Shown here one piece after another: positions 57,901-64,000 of a stretch of 64,000 nucleotides of DNA. This DNA comes from a virus. Lineage: Duplodnaviria > Caudoviricetes. A model generated the notes under the pieces. That model was not told the origin of the DNA. It did not search any database and saw nothing but the letters and a program-made list of their open reading frames with translations. Each line of letters opens with the position of its first letter. Position 1 is the stretch's first letter. The translations under genes and the position numbers were made by a program. The stretch is from IMG/VR virus record IMGVR_UViG_3300032237_000868, positions 25,157 to 89,156 of that record. One strand, 5' to 3'.

Positions 57901-57974
57901 TGGCTCCCAAGGAAGGACTCGCACCTCCACAAGAATGTTAACAGCATTCCGTGCTACTTTGACACTACTCGGGA
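57901..57974 (-). tRNA. tRNA-Asn(GTT)
   Basis: GAATG-CTGTTAA-CATTC, T loop TGCGAGT. Confidence 0.9.
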
Positions 57975-58143
57975 ATAATAAACTACTTTTTCTTTTTGTC
58001 AAGCAATTGTTTTAATCGCTTTTTACCATACTCACTAAGTTCTATTGAATTACTCAATTGTAATAGAGCATCCAATTCACTAGTTAATGGATTTTTTAAT
58101 CGACCAGCTAATGTTGGCCATTTACTTTTTTGTTTCATAAAAA

Positions 58144-58219
58144 TGGCCCGGTAGGTTGGTATCGCACCAACGTCTCAAGCTCTTCAGGCTTGCGCTAATA
58201 CTGTCTCAGCTACTACCAG
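58144..58219 (-). tRNA. tRNA-Phe(GAA)
   Basis: CAAGC-CTGAAGA-GCTTG, T loop TGCGATA. Confidence 0.85.
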
Positions 58220-58230
58220 ATTTTAAAATA

Positions 58231-58297
58231 ACGAGATACTTTTTCTTTTTCACAAGAATAGGTGTGAATGTTGAATTTTTATTGCTGTATGTATCTC
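58231..58297 (-). ncRNA. Minimal ACAGCAA-family element
   Basis: GAGATAC(AT)-ACAGCAA ... TTCACA/TGTGAA ... GTATCTCGT. Confidence 0.65.
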
Positions 58298-58302
58298 TAA
58301 AA

Positions 58303-58907
58303 TTATTCTCTTCCAACATCCATACTATTTGATGAACCGGGAATTACAGGTTCAACAGTATATGTACTTTCTGGTTTAAGAATTACTTCTTTTTGAATTT
58401 CTGCAAAATTACTGTCGGCACCAACAATTCTTCTGAATGCCACCATTGCATTTGTATCATGTAACCATTCATAATGAAACAACATCAAACTTTGATCATA
58501 TGTATTTTTGTAATCAGATATCCAGTTTTATTTGGAGACCAAAATGCTACATATTTACTTATATCATTTTTTATGTCGGCAAATGCGATTGCGATATTTT
58601 TATCTTCACTAAATGAAACATATGTTATTTCACTCTGATGCTTCACTTTGCCATCATGTACTTCATCAGGAGATAATAATATTCCTCTATACAATGGCTT
58701 GATTGATTTCGGAAATTTTTTTCTTAAAACTGCGGCAATCAAATCAATCGACTGTGAATTTTTTCTATAATACCGATCTGGATTACGACCACTCAAAGCA
58801 TTGAATATAAAATTCCAATATATTTTCACTGCTTCCATAAGCGCAGCTTGGTCCATTGCTTCGTTTAGTACGAATTTATTTTTGTCTACATGATTAAATA
58901 TTTTCAT
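58303..58907 (-). pseudogene. R-S-E type ADP-ribosyltransferase split by a -1 frameshift
   Basis: LYRGI and VSFS in the first frame, QKEVIL in the second; shift at A5 run near 58505. Confidence 0.65.
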
Positions 58908-58961
58908 GTAGTATAAATAGTCACGATACAATAGTATATGTGCAAATATTTCTATTTGCAT

Positions 58962-59028
58962 ACTAACGTATTTTCATACGCTTCGTGGAATCGAACCACA
59001 GAATCCATTCTATTGCTGTATGTATCGT
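58962..59028 (-). ncRNA. ACAGCAA-family element with T arm only
   Basis: ACGATACAT-ACAGCAA ... TGTGG-TTCGATT-CCACG. Confidence 0.6.
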
Positions 59029-59036
59029 ATTAAAAT

Positions 59037-59122
59037 TGGTGCGCCGTGAGTGAGTCGAACACCCCGAGCCGTTAAGCAAGTGATTTACAGTCACTCCCGC
59101 TACCCCTACGGTATAACGACGC
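59037..59122 (-). tRNA. tRNA-Tyr(GTA)
   Basis: AGTGA-CTGTAAA-TCACT, long V arm, CCA. Confidence 0.92.
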
Positions 59123-59138
59123 ATTATTAAAAATTGTG

Positions 59139-59369
59139 TCAGTCAAAACTAAAAATTAGATAATTTGATTTTCCTATTCGCAATAGTATATATTTTTCAA
59201 ATAGTAAATCAGATTTTTCTATGATTCTATTTTCCGTTGTTTTGATATTGTTGATGTATAAGCCGCCGCCTTTTAACAAACGCCGTGCTTCAGATTTACT
59301 AATATCATAACAATCCGAAAATAATGTAATTGTGTCTAATATTTCTAATGTTTCTAATGTCTCTTCCAT
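59139..59369 (-). CDS. Stand-alone S4 domain resembling the TyrRS C-terminus
   Basis: SKSEARRLLKGGGLYINN...DLLFEKYILLRIGKSNY; start moved to MEETLE. Confidence 0.85.
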   Translation of the reverse strand: MEETLETLEILDTITLFSDCYDISKSEARRLLKGGGLYINNIKTTENRIIEKSDLLFEKYILLRIGKSNYLIFSFD

Positions 59370-59375
59370 AAAGCA

Positions 59376-59464
59376 TGGTCGTAGATGGAGGAGTTGAACC
59401 ACTTGCCAGCCGCCCTATTTATTGATGGCAACTATTTTACAGACAGCCATAGGGAACATCTACG
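59376..59464 (-). tRNA. D-armless tRNA-Tyr(GTA)-like RNA
   Basis: CGTAGATG/CATCTACG-ACCA, GCTGT-CTGTAAA-ATAGT nested in CCCTAT/ATAGGG. Confidence 0.6.
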
Positions 59465-59471
59465 TTGAAAT

Positions 59472-59530
59472 TGGCGGGAAAATATTAAAAGCTGTTAAAA
59501 TCTAAATCAAGATTTATGTTTTCTTTTCCC
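59472..59530 (-). ncRNA. Mini ACAGC-family element with acceptor stem and CCA
   Basis: GGGAAAA/TTTTCCC-GCCA enclosing AAAACAT-AAATCT/AGATTT-TAACAGC. Confidence 0.55.
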
Positions 59531-59539
59531 ATTAAAAAT

Positions 59540-59616
59540 TGGCTCAGGAGTGGGATTTGATACCCTATCTTTCGTATTAACCATACGACATGCTACATGT
59601 TATACAACACTCCCAA
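59540..59616 (-). pseudogene. Degenerate tRNA-Asn(GTT)
   Basis: TCGTA-TGGTTAA-TACGA (G33), irregular T arm. Confidence 0.6.
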
Positions 59617-59626
59617 ATTTTGAAAT

Positions 59627-59701
59627 TGGCTCCTACCCTTGGATTCGAACCAAGAACCATCAAATTAACAGTTTGACGCACTACCGTTGTGCTAGATAGG
59701 A
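59627..59701 (-). tRNA. tRNA-Asn(GTT), second copy
   Basis: TCAAA-CTGTTAA-TTTGA, CCA. Confidence 0.95.
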
Positions 59702-59709
59702 ATTGAAAT

Positions 59710-59787
59710 TGGCGGTGTTGGCGGGATTTGAACCCAGCTTTCATGCATAGACAGTGCATGCGATGTTAACCATTCTCTTACAACACC
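59710..59787 (-). tRNA. tRNA-Asp(GTC), second copy
   Basis: ATGCA-CTGTCTA-TGCAT, CCA. Confidence 0.88.
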
Positions 59788-60013
59788 ATAAAGAAAAATT
59801 TCCAAAAAGTATGTTATTACACCAAAAGCCTGTGACCGCCGCTTTTTCTTTCCTCTTGTACTTAATCATTTTGCTGGATGCCGTGTCTCATACTAGACAC
59901 AACGATACTTGCGGTTAGGTGGCGACTAAAGAGACCAAACCCGCCGTTGGCTACTTTTTAAAAGATGGCTACCTCTAAGCCTACTTTCTTAATGGAATAT
60001 TTTTCTTTGAAAT

Positions 60014-60088
60014 TGGAGCCATCTGTCGGATTTGAACCGACGACCGATAGTTTACAAAACTATTGCTCTACCCCTGAGCTAAGATGGC
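60014..60088 (-). tRNA. tRNA-Thr(TGT)
   Basis: ATAGT-TTTGTAA-ACTAT, CCA. Confidence 0.96.
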
Positions 60089-60260
60089 ATTGTGCATACT
60101 TGTTTATGCATGCAATAATCTTTTTACAATTATTGCATTCGCTCAATGGGTTCTTGTTTTACCAATAACACCCACGAACCGATCAATTGATTTTTGCAGA
60201 CTTCACCCATTTACACTGCGGGAGGCTCAACAGATAGAGTTCTCAAGCCTATGATGTTTT

Positions 60261-60288
60261 ATCTTACTTGCTTTTGTTGTTCTGTCAA
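60261..60288 (-). promoter_or_regulatory. Sigma70-type promoter heading tRNA array
   Basis: TTGACA-16-TAAGAT. Confidence 0.65.
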
Positions 60289-60304
60289 ACATCTTTTCAG
60301 AAAA

Positions 60305-60339
60305 ACAAAAAACCGTCATCTTTTTCGAATGACGGTTGA
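60305..60339 (-). terminator. Intrinsic terminator
   Basis: AACCGTCAT/ATGACGGTT plus T-tract. Confidence 0.8.
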
Positions 60340-60540
60340 TAGGAATCTAACACTTAGCACTACACTTCCAGTCAACAGTCATCACTTCTATCGGTTTTAT
60401 TATTAAACCAATAGTGATTCTTATTAGCTGTGCGTGTAATAATCATGTTATCTTTCTAATATATATCGACAAATTTCAAAAAGTATTAATTTTTTCAACT
60501 TTTTTATTTTTTGTCGAACAACCGTCTTGATTGACGATAC

Positions 60541-60569
60541 ATTTTACAGATTTTTTTTCAAATTGTCAA
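60541..60569 (-). promoter_or_regulatory. Sigma70-type promoter
   Basis: TTGACA-17-TAAAAT. Confidence 0.7.
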
Positions 60570-60658
60570 CAACTTTCTTTGAGAATCTTTTTGCCGCTCG
60601 GCAAACTCATTTGTATCTCTCAATCGTTCAAACAGCTTACAGCAACTAGGCGTTTTTG

Positions 60659-60886
60659 TCAACGACTTTTTGAATCTTTTTTCACCAGCCGCAAAACAAC
60701 TTCTTTAGCTTCTTCGTTTCGCCGCTCGTAAACAACGTCATATTCAGAGCCGTATTCAACGACAACTGCCACGTATACTGCATCAGCGTCGCTACCATAG
60801 ACGCTAATCAAATCATTGTCAACAAAAACATTCGTGGCACCATAATGTGTTTTTAAAAGGTGTTTTATATTTTCAATTTCATTCAT
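60659..60886 (-). CDS. Hypothetical protein
   Basis: 75 aa ORF. Confidence 0.6.
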   Translation of the reverse strand: MNEIENIKHLLKTHYGATNVFVDNDLISVYGSDADAVYVAVVVEYGSEYDVVYERRNEEAKEVVLRLVKKDSKSR

Positions 60887-61064
60887 ATTATCCCACTATA
60901 AGACAGTAAATTAAAAAGTCTAGTTATTTTATTCTGTATTGGTAATAAATAAACTTGACAACGCATCTATAAAAACGTACATGTACATTATTAGAATTTC
61001 AATAGTGTACTTTTAATCAATTTATAAAATAACAATACTAAAATATTCTGTATATTTATAAACA

Positions 61065-61433
61065 ATGACCAAAGTATATATTAATTGGGAAAATGATAAT
61101 TTCACATGGAACGATGAAATTCGATTGTGGGAAGAAGTTTACGACATCATTGAAGATTTAATTGGTGGTACTAAAAATCCTGAAGAATGGGGTGAGATGC
61201 CTTACCAACAACAGGATGTTAATGCAGCATTAAGAGAACAACTTCAACAAAATTTAGATAGACTAAGTACTGAAAAACAACAAAAACTAATTGAAGTTTT
61301 GGTATCCATAGAAGGTAAAGACTATATAAATAAAAGAATGGTAAAAAATAAAAAAGATATAAAAATTACTATTGATGATGTGAAATTGATTGCAAACAAC
61401 TATTTAAATATAGAAATAGAATATCTTAAATAA
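61065..61433 (+). CDS. Hypothetical late protein
   Basis: First gene of plus-strand operon, TATTTATA upstream. Confidence 0.7.
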   Translation: MTKVYINWENDNFTWNDEIRLWEEVYDIIEDLIGGTKNPEEWGEMPYQQQDVNAALREQLQQNLDRLSTEKQQKLIEVLVSIEGKDYINKRMVKNKKDIKITIDDVKLIANNYLNIEIEYLK

Positions 61434-61434
61434 T

Positions 61435-61992
61435 ATGTATACCATCAGTTTAGATGCCGCAAAGATTTTTGAATGTACTCTTAAATTAAAAGGTGTGAGT
61501 ACAAAAAATAGTAAAGTTAACCTTGTCATTGAATCATCTGATATGGATATTCGTTGTCGTGGAACAATCAATGACAATGGAAAGGTAAATATTCCAATTA
61601 AAAAATTAAAAGGTATTCTTGATGAAAATGTAAATGGCAAATTGTATCTTGAAGTAATTGCAGAAGACAATTATTTTATTCCATTTAATAGTGAATATAT
61701 TACCGAAGTTTCTAAAAAGATTGACATTGTAGAAAATATAACAATCAAAAATACAGAATCTCCTGTTCAAATTGTTGAAACAAGTATCAAGGGATTAGCA
61801 CCAACAATGTCAATGAACAGTCATGCCAAACGTATTATAAAAAATATGTCAGTGAATAAAGTAAATATTTTCAAATCAGAACATAAAAAATTAGTTGTAG
61901 AATATATAAAATCGTATATTGAAAAAAATAACATTTCGAACTCAGATTATGATATTTTATTAAAAGAAATCATTTCTTGTATTACTGAATAA
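61435..61992 (+). CDS. Hypothetical protein
   Basis: 185 aa ORF. Confidence 0.7.
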   Translation: MYTISLDAAKIFECTLKLKGVSTKNSKVNLVIESSDMDIRCRGTINDNGKVNIPIKKLKGILDENVNGKLYLEVIAEDNYFIPFNSEYITEVSKKIDIVENITIKNTESPVQIVETSIKGLAPTMSMNSHAKRIIKNMSVNKVNIFKSEHKKLVVEYIKSYIEKNNISNSDYDILLKEIISCITE

Positions 61993-62000
61993 AATTAAAA

Positions 62001-63080
62001 ATGAGTTACGATTTAACAGGACAGCGAGTTTCTTTTACATACGGTCGGATGGTTCAGGTTGTAAGCGGAAGCTATTATGATGGATATGGTAATTTATTAC
62101 CAATAGGCACAAGCAGTGTAGTAATTACAGGAAGTGATGTTGGATATGCTACAACCGGAAGCAATACGTTCATTGGAAATCAAATAATAAGTGGCAGCGT
62201 AAATGCAACAAACGGAGTCACAGGCAGCTTGAAGGGAACTGCAAGTTACGCTATTAGTTCTTCCTACGCAGTCAAAGCTGCAAACAGTGACATTAGTAGC
62301 ACAACATACGCAACTCAAATTGATGTAAAAAATGGAAGTGACGCAATATTATACGCAAATACAGTTGTTCGCATCAGCGGAGCAAATGGAACAAATTTAT
62401 TGGTAGATGTTGCGGATTGGACAACAAACAATTCAAGCGCAAATACACTGGGATTTGTATTAAACGATATAGCCATCAATGGATTTGGAACGATCATCAC
62501 AGAAGGAATTTTACCAACCGTAGATACGCGTTATTTTAGTGCTGGTGATTTATTGTATTTGAGCAGCAGTGGACGGTTCACAAATATTGAGCCGCCGGCT
62601 CCATTGCACGGAGTGAGACTGGGTTATGTTGTGAGAAGCAATCAAAATAACGGTAGTATTTTTGTAAAAGTTGACAATGGATATGAATTGGGAGAATTGC
62701 ACAATATAATTGACTCAACTACCGCAAGTAGTTATGGAGATCTGCTGACCAAAAGCGGAAGCATTTGGATCAATAGCAAAACACTAACCGGTAGCTATGT
62801 ATTGAGTGGCAGTTTAACCACAAATAATGTTATTTTAGCGAACAGCATAACAGCATCATTTTATGGAACAAGCAGTTACAGCAGCAATGCCATATCATCG
62901 AGTTACAGCTTAAGTAGCAGTTATGCTCCAACAAATTTTAATTTGACTGCAAGTTATGCAATTCTTTCAAGCGTATCAAGCTCATTGAATTTCGTAGATG
63001 ATGTTGCAGCAGCGGCAGGTGGTGTTCCACTTGGCGGATTATATAGAAACGGAAATTTTATATTAATAAGATTGTCATAA
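62001..63080 (+). CDS. Tail fibre / minor tail protein
   Basis: GSNTFIGNQIISGS, SSYA repeats, VVRISG...AGDLLYLS...GYVVRS. Confidence 0.75.
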   Translation: MSYDLTGQRVSFTYGRMVQVVSGSYYDGYGNLLPIGTSSVVITGSDVGYATTGSNTFIGNQIISGSVNATNGVTGSLKGTASYAISSSYAVKAANSDISSTTYATQIDVKNGSDAILYANTVVRISGANGTNLLVDVADWTTNNSSANTLGFVLNDIAINGFGTIITEGILPTVDTRYFSAGDLLYLSSSGRFTNIEPPAPLHGVRLGYVVRSNQNNGSIFVKVDNGYELGELHNIIDSTTASSYGDLLTKSGSIWINSKTLTGSYVLSGSLTTNNVILANSITASFYGTSSYSSNAISSSYSLSSSYAPTNFNLTASYAILSSVSSSLNFVDDVAAAAGGVPLGGLYRNGNFILIRLS

Positions 63081-63081
63081 T

Positions 63082-64000
63082 ATGCCATTACAATTATCAG
63101 CCAGTTTAAATCTCACAGGTTCATTGAATTTGAGCGGCAGTATGACTGCTACTCAGATTTTAAATATTACAGCTTCATTGGCAAGCAGTGCAAGCAATGC
63201 AATCAGCAGTCAAACTGCTTCATTTGTTCCAGTTGCAACATACAATATTACAGCTTCATGGGCGAACAACAGTCGCACAGCAAGCGGTTTGATATCAAGC
63301 AGCACTTACGCTGTTAATAGTTTGACTAGTAGTCGTGTAGTTATCACGAACACACCAAGCGCAGATACTGATGCTATTACCAGAGGTTATATAGTTAGTC
63401 GTGGACAAAATCTAGTTACAAACGGATTTGGAATGTTGTCCAACAATTACAACTTACCGGACATGGCATTTGATCCGGTGGACTTTTATTTAGGCAAAGG
63501 AAGTTTTACAAGCAGCAATTTTCAATCACTTATTACATCAAGTGAACTTATAGCAGTTGATGTAAATAAAACTTATCGCGGAATTGCATATGCCAAAAGC
63601 GGAGATATAGGCGGCACTCGATACACTGCAAGCAACATGATATACATTGGGTTAGCAAGCTATGATATTGACAGCAACAACATTACGCCAGAAAATGTAG
63701 CAAAACAATCGGGTGCCACAGATTCAACTTTGTATGCTCAATTGAATATTGGCGATACTTCGATGCTTGTGACTGATACCACAGGTTGGCAAAATAGTAC
63801 AAATTATCTAAATAGAAGAATAGCTTGGTGGCCGTATACTAGCAGTTTGGGGTATGTTTATGACACTTACACATACACAAGAAACATAACATCCACAGTT
63901 GTTAGCAGTGGTAGTTTTTATGCAAATAATGGTCTCTGGGCAAGTGGAAGTATTACGCAAAGTGTAGGAAGCAGCAGCATAACACTAACAGCACCATGGC
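63082..64000 (+). CDS. Tail fibre-like protein (partial, not in track)
   Basis: Open from MPLQLSASLNLTGS to the window end. Confidence 0.75.
   Translation, partial: MPLQLSASLNLTGSLNLSGSMTATQILNITASLASSASNAISSQTASFVPVATYNITASWANNSRTASGLISSSTYAVNSLTSSRVVITNTPSADTDAITRGYIVSRGQNLVTNGFGMLSNNYNLPDMAFDPVDFYLGKGSFTSSNFQSLITSSELIAVDVNKTYRGIAYAKSGDIGGTRYTASNMIYIGLASYDIDSNNITPENVAKQSGATDSTLYAQLNIGDTSMLVTDTTGWQNSTNYLNRRIAWWPYTSSLGYVYDTYTYTRNITSTVVSSGSFYANNGLWASGSITQSVGSSSITLTAPW

Noticed and set aside
57975-58002. TTGACA-16-TATTAT promoter
   Set aside because: That -10 would put the start site inside tRNA-Asn.
54059-59759. Track ORFs or ORF extensions running through tRNA genes (e.g. 56385, 56755, 56783, 59577, N-termini of 52242, 54059, 59139)
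   Set aside because: They are translations of RNA genes; starts were moved downstream where a real gene exists.
62097-62500. Minus-strand short ORFs
   Set aside because: Shadows of the plus-strand fibre gene.
1-64000. Stop-codon reassignment as in some large phages
   Set aside because: Long genes are intact under code 11; only one suggestive TGA (19406) was seen.
1-64000. CRISPR array or rRNA
   Set aside because: No regularly spaced identical repeats; the ACAGCAA elements are dispersed and divergent.

Overview
This is a 64 kb segment of a large, AT-rich, contractile-tailed (T4-like/jumbo myovirus-type) phage genome, mostly on the minus strand, with no rRNA or CRISPR. 1-37 kb is a virion and DNA-metabolism block: a terminase fractured by a split intein with a free-standing endonuclease between the halves, tail sheath, baseplate and spike genes, an SbcD-SbcC fusion, primase, RuvC-like resolvase, a gp55-like sigma factor, a glycosyltransferase, fibre genes and PhoH. 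37-45 kb is accessory: vWA protein, ThyA, ADP-ribosylglycohydrolase, glycosyltransferase and DHFR. 45-60 kb is an RNA-rich island with a tmRNA, about 27 recognisable tRNAs (19 amino acids, no Met), three endonucleases and many non-standard tRNA-like RNAs. A divergent plus-strand fibre operon starts at 61 kb. The most striking signal is a family of seven small RNA-like elements sharing a helix plus ACAGC(AA). Two are complete circularly permuted tRNA mimics with a loop-closed acceptor stem (Y-RNA/YrlA-like topology), and two have the un-permuted, CCA-ending topology. Also notable are three D-armless tRNA-like genes and a stand-alone TyrRS S4 domain between a normal and an abnormal tRNA-Tyr. All calls are from manual reading; no searches or folding programs were run.
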